A stretch of DNA of 63,141 nucleotides, the filler included. It is 6 parts of 6 records of this genome, joined end to end, with 100 filler letters (N's around TTAATTAATTAA, not from the genome) between each part and the next. Parts side by side here need not be neighbours in the genome. Positions count along the whole stretch, not along the records: positions 19,262 to 27,175 come from SRR31156797_26810; positions 27,276 to 45,912 come from SRR31156797_26814; 4 more parts are not named here. The stretch is one strand, 5' to 3'. Position 1 is the stretch's first letter. Each line of letters opens with the position of its first letter. The position numbers and the translations under genes are program-made. Shown piece after piece: positions 19,263 through 30,221 of the stretch. The notes beneath the pieces were generated by a model. That model made no database searches. It was not told the DNA's origin and was given only the letters and a program-made list of their open reading frames with translations.

Positions 19263-21296
19263 GTTCCTTTTATGGAGCGTTACTCAAATTCAACCAGAGA
19301 AGTGGCTCAAGATGGTCGTCGTGGTGCTTTAATGTTGAGCGTTTCGGTTCGTCATCCAGACTCGGAAGAGTTTATTGATGCAAAAATGGAACAGGGAAAA
19401 GTTACCGGAGCAAATGTATCGGTAAAAATTCATGATGAATTTATGCAGGCTGTTGTTGATGGAAAAAAATACAAACAACAATATCCAATTAACTCTAAAA
19501 AACCTTCTTACACACAGGAAATAAATGCGGGTAAGCTTTGGAATAAAATTGTTCACAACGCATGGAAATCGGCAGAGCCAGGAATTCTTTTCTGGGATAC
19601 CATCGAGAGAGAATCAGTACCTGATTGCTACGCGGATTTAGGATACAGAACTGTATCAACAAATCCTTGTGGTGAGATTCCATTGTGTCCATATGATAGT
19701 TGTCGTTTGTTGGCAATCAATTTATACAGTTACGTTGAAAATCCATTTACCCCAGAGGCAAAATTCAATTTTGAATTGTTTAACAAGCACGTTGCTTTGG
19801 CTCAAAGAATAATGGATGATATTATCGATTTGGAATTGGAGAAAATCGATGCGATTGTTGAGAAAATTAATGCAGATCCTGAAGGTGGTGAAATTAAGAG
19901 AGTGGAGCGTAAACTTTGGGAGAATATTCGCGAAAAGGCAAACGAAGGAAGAAGAACAGGCGTTGGTATTACCGCTGAGGGTGATATGTTGGCAGCATTA
20001 GGAATGCGTTATGGAACAGATGAAGCTATTGATTTCTCGGTAAAAGTGCATAAGGCAATTGCTGTTGAAGCTTATCGTTCGTCGGTTTATTTAGCTAAAG
20101 ATCGTGGTGCATTTACGATTTACGATAAAGAGCGTGAGAGTAAAAATCCATTTATTCTTCGTTTGAAGGATGCTGATGAGACTTTATATAAGGACATGAT
20201 CAAATATGGTCGTCGTAACATTGCCTGCCTTACCATTGCTCCTACTGGGACTACAAGTTTGATGACTCAGACAACTTCTGGAATTGAGCCAGTATTTATG
20301 CCGGTTTACAAACGTAGAAGAAAAGTAAATCCTAACGATAAAGATGTACGTGTTGATTTTGTTGATGAGATTGGTGATAGCTGGGAAGAATTTGTGGTAT
20401 TCCACCATAAATTTGTAACCTGGATGGAAGCAAACAATATCAATGCAGCTCAGCATTTTACAAATGAAGAAATTGACGAATTGGTGAAACAATCTCCTTA
20501 TTATAAGGCTACATCAAACGATGTGGATTGGTTGCAAAAGGTTCGTATGCAAGGAAGAGTTCAGAAATGGGTAGACCACTCAATTAGTGTAACTGTAAAC
20601 TTACCGAATGATGTGCCAGAATCGTTGGTTGGAGAATTGTATGTAGAAGCTTGGAAAAGTGGATGTAAAGGTTGTACAGTTTATCGCGATGGCTCTCGTT
20701 CAGGAGTTTTAATTTCTAATGATACCAAAGAAAAAGAAGATAAGAATATCCCAGAAAAACGCCCTGCGGAACTTGAAGCTGACGTAGTTCGTTTTCAAAA
20801 TAACAAAGAAAAATGGATTGCTTTTATTGGATTGTATAAAGGACAACCATACGAAATCTTTACCGGTATTCAGGATGATGAAGAGGGAATCCTTCTGCCA
20901 AAATCGGTTAATAAAGGAATCATTTTAAAAGGAAAAGATGAGGAAGGAAATACTCGTTATGACTTCCAATTCTGTAATAAGCGCGGTTTTAAGACTACTT
21001 TTGAAGGATTATCGTACAAATTTGACAAGGAGTTCTGGAATTATGCAAAACTGATTTCAGGTGTATTGCGTCACGGTATGCCAATCGAGCAGGTTGTTAA
21101 TCTGATAGCTGGACTTCAGTTGGATAGTGAAAACATAAATACATGGAGAAACGGTGTTGAACGTGCTCTTAAAAAGTACATTCCTAATGGAACAAAAGCA
21201 AAAGGAATGAGTTGTACCGAGTGTGGTTCTGATCATATCATTTATCAGGAAGGATGCTTGATATGTCAGTCATGTGGTACATCGAAATGCGGATAA
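19263..21296 (+). CDS. nrdJ: Class II adenosylcobalamin-dependent ribonucleotide reductase (5'-truncated)
   Basis: GRRGALM, TNPCGEIPL, IAPTGTTS, YRDGSRSGVL, C-terminal TSCPD-like region and CxxC..CxxCG zinc ribbon. Confidence 0.93.
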   Translation, partial: VPFMERYSNSTREVAQDGRRGALMLSVSVRHPDSEEFIDAKMEQGKVTGANVSVKIHDEFMQAVVDGKKYKQQYPINSKKPSYTQEINAGKLWNKIVHNAWKSAEPGILFWDTIERESVPDCYADLGYRTVSTNPCGEIPLCPYDSCRLLAINLYSYVENPFTPEAKFNFELFNKHVALAQRIMDDIIDLELEKIDAIVEKINADPEGGEIKRVERKLWENIREKANEGRRTGVGITAEGDMLAALGMRYGTDEAIDFSVKVHKAIAVEAYRSSVYLAKDRGAFTIYDKERESKNPFILRLKDADETLYKDMIKYGRRNIACLTIAPTGTTSLMTQTTSGIEPVFMPVYKRRRKVNPNDKDVRVDFVDEIGDSWEEFVVFHHKFVTWMEANNINAAQHFTNEEIDELVKQSPYYKATSNDVDWLQKVRMQGRVQKWVDHSISVTVNLPNDVPESLVGELYVEAWKSGCKGCTVYRDGSRSGVLISNDTKEKEDKNIPEKRPAELEADVVRFQNNKEKWIAFIGLYKGQPYEIFTGIQDDEEGILLPKSVNKGIILKGKDEEGNTRYDFQFCNKRGFKTTFEGLSYKFDKEFWNYAKLISGVLRHGMPIEQVVNLIAGLQLDSENINTWRNGVERALKKYIPNGTKAKGMSCTECGSDHIIYQEGCLICQSCGTSKCG

Positions 21297-21326
21297 CCTA
21301 TCGATAATAATACAAACAACTTAATT

Positions 21327-21356
21327 AAGGGAGCCAATTTTGGCTCCCTTTTTTTT
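21327..21356 (+). terminator. Intrinsic terminator after nrdJ
   Basis: AAGGGAGCCA-ATTT-TGGCTCCCTT followed by T run. Confidence 0.85.
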
Positions 21357-21726
21357 GTCAATTAAAAATTGGATGAGTATTCGAAATGATAAATTGAAAG
21401 CAAATATGTTTTAAAAAAGTTTTTTTGTAAGTTAAAAATATTAATTTTGTTACAATCAAGTTCAAGATTGCAAATTAAATTGATAATTTGTGATTTTTTG
21501 ACATTGCAAGTATGATGTGGTAGGAATTTATGCAACATATAAGTGGTGACTTGTCGATTATGACTGTTTAAAATTTATTTCTGTTATTAAAGGGTTTACA
21601 TTTTGTAAGCTCTTTTTTTTACGTCAAAAAAGATGTAAATCCAATAGGTTTTTATTTTGTCTTATCATAAAATACTCTAACTTTGAGTATAGAGCATTAA
21701 AACAATAAAAAATTAACTACGACTAT

Positions 21727-22113
21727 ATGGATTTTTCATCAAACTATAACTGGGAGGGTAAAGTTTTGTTGGTGGCAGAAGATGAAGATTTTAACTATAT
21801 TTTTTTAGAAGAAATTCTTATCGATACAAATGTTACTTTGATTCGTGCCAAAGATGGGCAAGAGGCTATCCAGATATTTGAATCCAATCCTGAAATCGAT
21901 CTTGTTTTAATGGATATGCAGATGCCAGTTCTGAATGGATATGATGCAACCAGAAGCATTAAGAAATTGAAGCAGGAGATTCCAATTATAGCACAAACAG
22001 CTTACCATTATGGTGAAGCTTATGAAGAGATAATGGCTGCAGGTTGCGATGACTTTGTTACCAAGCCTATTGATATTGGAGGTTTGAAAAATATTATTGC
22101 CAAATTTTTATAA
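21727..22113 (+). CDS. Single-domain response regulator receiver
   Basis: LVAEDE, LVLMDMQMP, AQTA, TKP; Bacteroidota-type TAACTTTG promoter element upstream. Confidence 0.9.
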   Translation: MDFSSNYNWEGKVLLVAEDEDFNYIFLEEILIDTNVTLIRAKDGQEAIQIFESNPEIDLVLMDMQMPVLNGYDATRSIKKLKQEIPIIAQTAYHYGEAYEEIMAAGCDDFVTKPIDIGGLKNIIAKFL

Positions 22114-22192
22114 TCCACTCATTTTTGAATTTTCCAGCCTAATTTCTTTTTCCATTTTCTTATCTTTGCTGCCAAATTAACGGATATTAAAG

Positions 22193-23725
22193 ATGAGCGA
22201 AAAGAAAGTCAGAGTTCGATTTGCACCCAGTCCTACCGGACCACTTCACATGGGTGGCGTAAGAACAGCCTTATTTAATTATTTATTTGCCAGAAAGCAC
22301 AATGGGGAATTTTTGCTTCGTATTGAAGATACGGATCAAACCAGATATGTTCCAGGTGCTGAAGATTACATTGCAGAATCTTTAAAATGGTGTGGTATAA
22401 CCATTGATGAAGGAGCAACAGTTGGAGGAGAATTTGGTCCTTACCGCCAATCAGAGCGTAAGCCAATGTACCGAGAGTATGCTGATAAGTTAATTGCTTC
22501 GGGTGATGCTTACTATGCGTTCGATACTCCAGAAGAGTTGGATGCTATCCGTAAACAATGCGAGGAAGAAAAGAAAACATTTATATACAATCACGAAACG
22601 CGTGATAATTTGAACAACTCTTTGGCTTTATCTGTTGAAGAAGTTCAAAACAAAATTGATGCTGGAGAAGCTTATGTTGTGCGTTTTAAAATGCCTGTAG
22701 GTGAAGAACTGCACATGGATGACGAAATTCGTGGTCATGTGGTATTCAATACTTCAACTTTAGATGATAAAGTGTTGTTTAAATCAGATGGAATGCCAAC
22801 TTATCACCTGGCAAATGTTGTTGATGATTACTTAATGAAAATTTCACACGTTATTCGTGGGGAAGAGTGGTTGCCATCGATGCCATTACATGTGTTGTTG
22901 TACAGACAATTGGGTTGGGCAGCCGATATGCCTAAGTTTGCTCACTTGCCACTGATTTTGAAACCAGTTGGTAAGGGAAAATTAAGCAAGCGTGATGGAG
23001 ATAAATTAGGATTTCCTGTTTTCCCATTGTTGTGGACAGACCCTAAAACCAATGATATCTCATCGGGTTACCGTGAAGAAGGTTATTTTCCTGAAGCTTT
23101 CGTGAACATGTTGGCTTTCTTGGGATGGAATCCAGGTACTGAGCAAGAGATTTTCTCAATGGAAGAATTATCTGCAGCATTCTCATTGGAGCGTGTGAAT
23201 AAATCAGGTGCGAAGTTCGATCCTGAAAAAACAAAATGGTTCAATCGCCAGTATTTGGTAAACAAGTCTGATGAAGAAATTGGTGGCTTGTTTGCTGCTG
23301 AAGTATTGAAGGAAAAAGGAATTGAAGCTGATCAGGCAATTGTAAATCGTGTTTGTGGCATGGTGAAAGATCGTGTTGATTTTATCGCTGAATTGTGGGA
23401 GCAAGTATACTTTTTCTTCGAGGCACCAAAAGAGTACGATGCCAAGACTGTGAAAAAAGGTTGGAAAGAAGATACTCCTTCTTTAATGGCAGAACTGAAA
23501 GGTATTCTGGAAGGAATTGAAGATTTCTCATCTGCAAATTCTGAAGAAATTGTGAAAGGATGGATCACCGCTAAAGAAATTGGTTTTGGTAAAATCATGA
23601 ACCCATTCCGATTGGCTATGGTAGGTGCTGGTAAAGGTCCTCACATGTTCGATATCATCGAGATTTTAGGAAAAGAAGAAACTCTTGCCCGTTTGGATTA
23701 TGCAATGGAGAATATTAAAAAATAA
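22193..23725 (+). CDS. gltX: Glutamate--tRNA ligase
   Basis: [28 protein letters not shown]. Confidence 0.97.
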   Translation: MSEKKVRVRFAPSPTGPLHMGGVRTALFNYLFARKHNGEFLLRIEDTDQTRYVPGAEDYIAESLKWCGITIDEGATVGGEFGPYRQSERKPMYREYADKLIASGDAYYAFDTPEELDAIRKQCEEEKKTFIYNHETRDNLNNSLALSVEEVQNKIDAGEAYVVRFKMPVGEELHMDDEIRGHVVFNTSTLDDKVLFKSDGMPTYHLANVVDDYLMKISHVIRGEEWLPSMPLHVLLYRQLGWAADMPKFAHLPLILKPVGKGKLSKRDGDKLGFPVFPLLWTDPKTNDISSGYREEGYFPEAFVNMLAFLGWNPGTEQEIFSMEELSAAFSLERVNKSGAKFDPEKTKWFNRQYLVNKSDEEIGGLFAAEVLKEKGIEADQAIVNRVCGMVKDRVDFIAELWEQVYFFFEAPKEYDAKTVKKGWKEDTPSLMAELKGILEGIEDFSSANSEEIVKGWITAKEIGFGKIMNPFRLAMVGAGKGPHMFDIIEILGKEETLARLDYAMENIKK

Positions 23726-23747
23726 AGTTCAGACTTATTGAATAAAG

Positions 23748-23780
23748 AAGCCCGTTGATTAAAATAATCAACGGGCTTTT
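23748..23780. terminator. Intrinsic terminator between convergent genes
   Basis: AAGCCCGTTGATT-AAAAT-AATCAACGGGCTT-TT. Confidence 0.85.
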
Positions 23781-23800
23781 ATATTTTTTAGTAATTATGA

Positions 23801-24397
23801 TTATCCTCTTCTTCTTTCAAGAAGGATCATCATCATTAAACCTAGCATGATTCTGTCATCATCCTCTGCACCCATTTCTCCAATTTTTGTTAATTCAAAA
23901 TTTCTCCCAAAGAAAGAGGCTTGCTTTTTTAAACGGATAATTTCTTTTCCGTTTTCATCCGTAACGATGTACGAAGGATTGAAAAGATATCCAGTAAAAA
24001 TTCCCAAAACAGGAATTTCTCCCAATAATGAATCAAATACCTTAACCCACGCGTTTTCTTCTCTTACTGTATATTTTTCACGTTCTGAATTGTCGAAAAT
24101 TCTATAATCTGTTTTCCATATCGATCTCCAGCCTTTACGTACAATTTTACCAAATGATTTTTGACCTTCATCCATAAATGTGTAAGCTGTCGAAAAGTCT
24201 AACCACTTATCTGCTTTGATACTATAATTTATTTTTTCTCTTGAATCATCGCTATAAATTTGAATATCCTCTTTTAGCTTAAACATTTTTTGTCGTACAT
24301 AAGCTAGAGTTTTTCCATCAGCGTCAGTAGCCGTAAAGTCGTTTGCTAGAGTAGAAATATTGAATTTGAAATTTACAGGGAATTGTATGTTTTTCAT
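23801..24397 (-). CDS. Conserved hypothetical protein, LURP-one/tubby-like
   Basis: DFTATD..G..LAYVRQKMFKLKEDI pattern; beta-barrel-like body with a hydrophobic C-terminal helix. Confidence 0.7.
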   Translation of the reverse strand: MKNIQFPVNFKFNISTLANDFTATDADGKTLAYVRQKMFKLKEDIQIYSDDSREKINYSIKADKWLDFSTAYTFMDEGQKSFGKIVRKGWRSIWKTDYRIFDNSEREKYTVREENAWVKVFDSLLGEIPVLGIFTGYLFNPSYIVTDENGKEIIRLKKQASFFGRNFELTKIGEMGAEDDDRIMLGLMMMILLERRRG

Positions 24398-24631
24398 GTA
24401 CTGTATTATTTAGTTTTAACAGTGCGCAAAATTAACAAAATAAATATATTTCAAAGATTGATTAATTTGTTTCTTTTATTTGAGGCTCTTACTCAAAGTG
24501 AGATTCTCAATTAATGTTTTGTGTGTATATTTTAAATAAGGAGAGGTAATAAAAAAACCTGTCAGGATCCTAAATCCTAACAGGTTTGTAATATTGTTTT
24601 GTAGCTTGCAGCTGAGCTCTGACAGCTTAAA

Positions 24632-26347
24632 TTATTTCTTCTTCTGTGCCTTAGCCCATGAATCTTTCAAAGAAACCGTACGGTTAAAGATTAGCTTATC
24701 AGCTGTAGTATCCTTATCAACCGAGAAATATCCCAAGCGAGTGAACTGGAAATGTTCCTCTACTTTAGCATCTTTCAAGCAAGGCTCAACGTAACACTCT
24801 TCCAAAACGTTTAAAGAATCAGGATTAATGAAATCTTTAAAATCTTTGTCTTTGTGTCCGTCAGGAGCTTCATCGTTGAATAAACGATCGTAAATGCGAA
24901 CCTCGGCTTTAGCAGCATGCTTGGCAGAAACCCAGTGAAGTGTTCCTTTAACCTTACGCTTGCTCTCTTCAGATCCGCTACCACTTTTCGATTTAGGATC
25001 GTAGGTACAGTGAATTTCTGTGATGTTTCCATCAGCATCTTTCACAGCTTTTTCACACATTACAATGTAAGCAGCTTTTAAACGAACTTCGCGTCCCGGA
25101 GTCATGCGGAAGAATTTACGTGGTGCATCTTCCATAAAATCGTCACGCTCGATATATAATTCACGAGAGAATGGAATCTCACGAGTTCCTGCATTCTCAT
25201 CTTCAGGATTGTTATCGATGCTTAATAACTCTTCTTCACCTTCAGCATAGTTGGTAATAATCAGCTTGACTGGATTTAAAACTCCCATTACGCGAGTAGC
25301 CGTTTTGTTCAAATCCTCGCGAACATGGTGTTCCAGTAAAGAAACATCAATTACATTGTTACGCTTTGCCACACCAATGGTATCGGCAAAATTGCGAATA
25401 GATGCTGGCGTAAATCCTCTGCGACGCAAACCAGAAACGGTTGGCATTCGCGGATCATCCCATCCGTTAACGTGACCATCGTTTACCAATTCCAATAACT
25501 TACGCTTACTCATAACTGTGTAGCTTAAGTTTAAACGTGCAAACTCGCGCTGTTTTGGTCGGTACTCGGTATCGGTTAAGTTCTCTACGAACCACTCGTA
25601 AAGCGGACGGTGAACTTCAAATTCCAAAGTACAAATAGAGTGAGTGATACCCTCGATATAATCCGACTCGCCATGAGCATAATCGTACATTGGGTAAATA
25701 CACCACTGGTCGCCAGTACGGTGATGATGTGCATGCATGATACGATACATCAATGGATCGCGCATGTGCATATTTGGTGATGCCATATCAATTTTGGCAC
25801 GCAATACTTTTTCTCCATCCTTATACTCACCATTCTTCATTCTTGCGAACAAATCAAGGTTTTCCTCTACGCTACGACTACGGAATGGACTCTCGGTTCC
25901 AGGAACTGTTGGTGTTCCTTTTTGCTCAGCAATTTGCTCAGCAGTCTGATCGTCAACGTAAGCTTTACCATCGGTAATCAACTTCACAGCCCAATCGTAT
26001 AACTGATCGAAATAATCAGAAGTATACACTGGATCCCCATCCCACTTAAAACCTAGCCATTTGATGTCTTCCATAATGGAATCAACATATTCTGTATCCT
26101 CTTTTACAGGATTGGTATCGTCGAAACGCAGGTTACATTTTCCCTGGTATTGTTGGGCAAGGCTAAAGTTCAGGCATATTGCCTTTGCATGACCGATGTG
26201 AAGATACCCGTTTGGTTCCGGTGGGAATCGCGTGTGAATTCTTCCATCATTTACATTGTTTTTCAGATCTTCCTCGATAATCTGTTGGATAAAATTAAGA
26301 GATTTGCTTTCGTTAACACTCTCTTCTTTTACAGTTTTGTTATCCAT
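24632..26347 (-). CDS. glnS: Glutamine--tRNA ligase (start 26347 or 26371)
   Basis: [45 protein letters not shown]. Confidence 0.97.
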   Translation of the reverse strand: MDNKTVKEESVNESKSLNFIQQIIEEDLKNNVNDGRIHTRFPPEPNGYLHIGHAKAICLNFSLAQQYQGKCNLRFDDTNPVKEDTEYVDSIMEDIKWLGFKWDGDPVYTSDYFDQLYDWAVKLITDGKAYVDDQTAEQIAEQKGTPTVPGTESPFRSRSVEENLDLFARMKNGEYKDGEKVLRAKIDMASPNMHMRDPLMYRIMHAHHHRTGDQWCIYPMYDYAHGESDYIEGITHSICTLEFEVHRPLYEWFVENLTDTEYRPKQREFARLNLSYTVMSKRKLLELVNDGHVNGWDDPRMPTVSGLRRRGFTPASIRNFADTIGVAKRNNVIDVSLLEHHVREDLNKTATRVMGVLNPVKLIITNYAEGEEELLSIDNNPEDENAGTREIPFSRELYIERDDFMEDAPRKFFRMTPGREVRLKAAYIVMCEKAVKDADGNITEIHCTYDPKSKSGSGSEESKRKVKGTLHWVSAKHAAKAEVRIYDRLFNDEAPDGHKDKDFKDFINPDSLNVLEECYVEPCLKDAKVEEHFQFTRLGYFSVDKDTTADKLIFNRTVSLKDSWAKAQKKK

Positions 26348-26678
26348 ACTTTTCAATTTAAAATGATACATGATTTGCCCTGGATTCTTTCGAATCCTGC
26401 CTTGCCTTTCGATTCGAAACGCATGAATATAAATTTACAATAAATAAACTTATCCGATGGCATTCGAAAACGAAAAAACAAAAGTAGATAAAATACGCTA
26501 AACTCGTTTCAAATTAAGCCATAAAGAAGAGTTGGTAAAGGATAAAGTTTAAAGTAAAAAGGATAAAGTGGGAAAATCCCAGGAATCAAATCCCAAATCT
26601 TAATTTGTTTTGGAACTTGGGTTTTGGAATTTGAATTTTCTTACTTTAATTTCGCCACAGATTAATAAGAGCAAAAAG

Positions 26679-27029
26679 ATGGGAATTATTGAATTGGAAG
26701 GCATGGAGTTTTATGCCTATCACGGATGTTTTAAGGAAGAACAAATTGTTGGGAACAAGTTTACCGTGTATGTGCGTATGGAGTACGATGCAAGGCAGGC
26801 AGCGAGTAGCGACCACATTGGTGATGCTTTAAACTACCAGAGAGCTTACGAGAAAATTAAAGAACAGCTGCAAATTAAATCGCATTTGTTGGAGCATGTT
26901 TGCGAAAGAATTTTGGATATGTTGTACGAAAACTTCGCAGAATTGAAGCATGCAACAGTAAAAGTTTCGAAAATGAACCCTCCAATGGGTGGACAAATTG
27001 AAAAAGTGAGCCTAACACTTTCTCGCTAA
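26679..27029 (+). CDS. folB: Dihydroneopterin aldolase
   Basis: FYAYHGC..EE..GNKF, LNY, LLE, K.NPP motifs; ATG at 26679. Confidence 0.93.
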   Translation: MGIIELEGMEFYAYHGCFKEEQIVGNKFTVYVRMEYDARQAASSDHIGDALNYQRAYEKIKEQLQIKSHLLEHVCERILDMLYENFAELKHATVKVSKMNPPMGGQIEKVSLTLSR

Positions 27030-27145
27030 TTGTTTGATTCTGCAAGATTTGCAAAAAAGCTGTAATTTTTTTCTTACAAAAGCTTTAAAAAGTTTGTTTT
27101 GATAAAACCAAAATTTATATCTTTGCAACGCCTTTAAGGAAAAAG

Positions 27146-27175
27146 GGTCTCTTGGCCGAGTGGCTAGGCAGTGGT
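27146..27175 (+). tRNA. tRNA 5' fragment, probably tRNA-Cys (truncated by contig end)
   Basis: GGTCTCTTGGCCGAGTGGCTAGGCAGTGGT = acceptor, D-arm and 5' anticodon stem typical of Bacteroidota tRNA-Cys; TATCTTTG promoter just upstream; anticodon not visible. Confidence 0.75.
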
Positions 27176-27275
27176 NNNNNNNNNNNNNNNNNNNNNNNNN
27201 NNNNNNNNNNNNNNNNNNNTTAATTAATTAANNNNNNNNNNNNNNNNNNNNNNNNNNNNNNNNNNNNNNNNNNNN
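27176..27275. other. Artificial contig linker
   Basis: N44-TTAATTAATTAA-N44. Confidence 0.98.
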
Positions 27276-27516
27276 CTTTCTGAAACCTTAAGTTTACAAG
27301 TATGGTATATCAATACGTCCCTACCTTAGGGGTTTATTGATCAAATTAGTTTTCCCGTAGGAATAAACCTCCATGTTTATCCTGCTTTCTTAATAAAGAA
27401 CAAGCTACCCAGGCTTGTTCTTTTAAATTTTTTTTGACTTAAACCGCAGATTCTTTTTTTCTTTATCAAATTATTATCCGTGTGTATCCGTGGCTAAAAA
27501 AATATTTTGTTATTTC

Positions 27517-28416
27517 TCAATACCGCTCCAATGCCTTTTTTAATTTCTCCCTGATGATATCCTTAATTCGCAAAGGCTCCAGTATCTCTGCAAAACAACC
27601 ATAAGAAAGAATATAACTGTATAACCATTCGTCCTCTGGAAACTCTACACTAACTGTCATAGAGCCGTCCGGATTTGTTTTTACATATTTGGGATGAAAT
27701 TCATCTAAGACTCTGTATGTCATAATTTTATCTATTTTCATGATTACTTTTGTTGATTTGAATTTTGCCTTTGGGGCCTCTTCAAATATCTCTTTGTTAA
27801 ATACCCGTGAAAAAAACTCCTCTGTTACTTCAAATTCAGCTATTCTTTTTAACTTAAACAATCTGTAATCATTTTTTGCCCTGTCATAACCATATAGATA
27901 CCAGTTACGACTTTTGAATAATATCTTTACAGGTTCCAGAGTCCTGTTACTTTCCTGACCATATGAGTTGAAATATTTGAATTTAACTACTTTTTTATTT
28001 ATGATAGAGTTTTTTATATTGTTAAATTTCTCCTTTTCCTCATCCCGACTACCCCAATGTGAGAAATCAATCTCTATCCAGTTAACCTGTTCTTTGTTAA
28101 ACAGAGAGGCGAATTTCGAGAGAGCCTCATCAATGTCCGGATATTGAGCAGCTTTTAGACTTTGCAGCCCCATCAGTACTTCATTTTGCTCATCCTCAGA
28201 GAGTATTGATTTATCAAAGATAAAATCATCCAGAATTTTTATTCCTCCCCCTTTTCCTTTCTGTGTAAAGATAGGGATTCCGGCAGCACAGAGTCTGTCT
28301 ATATCACGATAAATAGTTCTGGTAGATACTTCGAATCTCTCTGCTAATTCCTTTGCTGAGATGTTTTTTTTATCTATAAGAATATATAAAATTTCAAATA
28401 ATCTAATTGTTTTCAT
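27517..28416 (-). CDS. YafY-family HTH-WYL transcriptional regulator
   Basis: RLFEIL..L, AKELAERFEVSTRTIYRDI HTH, WYL motif (NWYLYGY), RLFKLKRI; AGAGG RBS before ATG 28416. Confidence 0.93.
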   Translation of the reverse strand: MKTIRLFEILYILIDKKNISAKELAERFEVSTRTIYRDIDRLCAAGIPIFTQKGKGGGIKILDDFIFDKSILSEDEQNEVLMGLQSLKAAQYPDIDEALSKFASLFNKEQVNWIEIDFSHWGSRDEEKEKFNNIKNSIINKKVVKFKYFNSYGQESNRTLEPVKILFKSRNWYLYGYDRAKNDYRLFKLKRIAEFEVTEEFFSRVFNKEIFEEAPKAKFKSTKVIMKIDKIMTYRVLDEFHPKYVKTNPDGSMTVSVEFPEDEWLYSYILSYGCFAEILEPLRIKDIIREKLKKALERY

Positions 28417-28692
28417 ATTTTTTTCCTCTGTTTTCATTAGATAACCAAAAAGTTACAATAATAGAACACTAGCCTATAAGTCAGTGTTTTGAAGCTGTCC
28501 TATTCAAGCGAAGACTGAATTAAGAGTGTATCGCATTAGGATAGGTGACTTATTCAATAAAATTGTTTCCTAAAAAATAGTCTTTTTATTTATATTATAG
28601 CATATCAATTTGATAATGTGTGGAATAGTAACGAGGAAAATAACTTTTTAGAGGTATAATACATTAGGGAAGGAAAAACCGGGGGTGATTTT

Positions 28693-29538
28693 ATGAAATT
28701 AAGGGAATTTGAGTTCATGGAGTCAATATTAAATGAGGAGGAGATATTAAACGAAGAGTTTGCTTTTGTTAATTACGGCTTAAAGTATAAGATACTTTTT
28801 TTTGACAAATATGAACTTAACTACAGTTATATTAGTGATCTTCTTCTAGAGGTGATGGTGGTAGTTTATAATCTTAATTTTAGGGATAAAAACTATTTCG
28901 TCGATGAATTCAGCTTTAATAAAATAGCAGATAAAGTAGTTCAATTTGTTGAAGATGAGTTTAAGGCAAATGATTTAAACTTAAGCTTTCGAGAGAAAAA
29001 CTTTATCTTTGAACATGAGGATGTTGTATGGCACTCTCTAAATGTAGCTATTTTATCGTATCTGTTAGGGAAAGAATTGAATTACTCTCAAAAAGACTTG
29101 AAAAGGCTGATTGTAGCAGCATTTTTTCATGATGTCGGTAAAATGTTGGTAGATTCATCTGTGTTGAGAAAAAAGGGGAAGTTAACAACAGATGAAATTG
29201 TTGATATCCAAAAACATTGTGCTAATTCCAAGAAGCTTTTGGCGCACCTGGAAAGTGTAGATGATGAGATGAGAGATGCTATTCTTTCTCATCATGAGAA
29301 GTTAGACGGTTCGGGTTATCCCAGAGGATTGCACGAACATGAGATAAATGAGATGGCAAAAATAATAAGTGTAACTGATATTTTTGAGGCTATGTCTTCA
29401 GACAGGACATATAGAAAAGGCTTTCCTATAGGAAAAGTTTTTGATATGATGTGTAGTAAGGACTTTGGTAAACTGGATTACAGTCTGGTTAAGAAGTTAA
29501 AAGTCATAATACTGAGATGCACAGGAGGACAGTTTTGA
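28693..29538 (+). CDS. HD-GYP domain protein (c-di-GMP phosphodiesterase family)
   Basis: HSLNVA, HDVGK, HHEKLDGSGYP, DIFEAM..DRTY. Confidence 0.9.
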   Translation: MKLREFEFMESILNEEEILNEEFAFVNYGLKYKILFFDKYELNYSYISDLLLEVMVVVYNLNFRDKNYFVDEFSFNKIADKVVQFVEDEFKANDLNLSFREKNFIFEHEDVVWHSLNVAILSYLLGKELNYSQKDLKRLIVAAFFHDVGKMLVDSSVLRKKGKLTTDEIVDIQKHCANSKKLLAHLESVDDEMRDAILSHHEKLDGSGYPRGLHEHEINEMAKIISVTDIFEAMSSDRTYRKGFPIGKVFDMMCSKDFGKLDYSLVKKLKVIILRCTGGQF

Positions 29539-30038
29539 GCAAAATGATATCTACAACAAATGAAAAATTCAAATTAAGATTTGCTACTAGAGAGGATGCA
29601 GGTCTTATCCTTGGATTTATTAAGGAGCTTGCAGAATACGAGAAGCTCCTGCATGAAGTAAAGGCAACAGAAGAGAGTTTGCTGGAATCAATCTTCGACA
29701 AGGGGAGAGCTGAAGTTATAATCGGAGAATATGATGGCAAAGCTGTTGGAATGGCTCTATTTTTTCACAATTACTCTACCTTCCTAGGGAAAGCGGGAAT
29801 ATATCTTGAAGATCTGTATATCCAGCCTGAGTATAGAGGCGAGGGTTTAGGTAAAATCTTATTGAGATATCTTGCGAAATTATGTATAGAAAGAGATTGT
29901 GGAAGATTAGAATGGTCGTGCCTTGACTGGAATGAACCATCAATTGCTTTTTACAAAAAAATTGGTGCAGTTCCAATGGATGAGTGGACAGTTTTTAGAG
30001 TAACAGGAGAAAGTTTAGACAAATTAGCTGAGAGATAA
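29535..30038 (+). CDS. GNAT acetyltransferase (diamine acetyltransferase-like)
   Basis: IKELAEYEK, YSTF.G, YLEDLYI.PEYRG.GLG, LDWNEPSIAFY; start TTG 29535 or ATG 29544. Confidence 0.9.
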   Translation: MSKMISTTNEKFKLRFATREDAGLILGFIKELAEYEKLLHEVKATEESLLESIFDKGRAEVIIGEYDGKAVGMALFFHNYSTFLGKAGIYLEDLYIQPEYRGEGLGKILLRYLAKLCIERDCGRLEWSCLDWNEPSIAFYKKIGAVPMDEWTVFRVTGESLDKLAER

Positions 30039-30079
30039 AAATTAAAAAGACTAAAAGAAACAAAGTTCAAAGATGTAGT

Positions 30080-30180
30080 GTAAGGGCTTGCCGACGGCAC
30101 GCCCTGCTTTTGAATTTCTGAATATCAATAATAGAGTATTAAAATTTTAGAGTTTTGTAGGGGTAGGGTTTTCCTACCCT
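30080..30180. repeat. Pair of GTAG-class REP-like palindromes
   Basis: GTAAGGGCTTGCCGACGGCACGCCCTGC (30080-30107) and GTAGGGGTAGGGTTTTCCTACCCT (30157-30180); GC-rich hairpins in AT-rich DNA. Confidence 0.55.
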
Positions 30181-30221
30181 TTATTTTATATAAAATTATT
30201 TGACCTAAGAGGTGGGGGATT

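Noticed and set aside
1485-21296. Functional link between the B12 riboswitch and B12-dependent nrdJ
   Set aside because: They lie on different contigs from different phyla
22193-26347. Co-occurrence of gltX and glnS
   Set aside because: Ordinary for Bacteroidota
26536-26640. Short AAATCCC/TTGGAAT-like iterations between glnS and folB
   Set aside because: Low-complexity and degenerate, with no associated ORF
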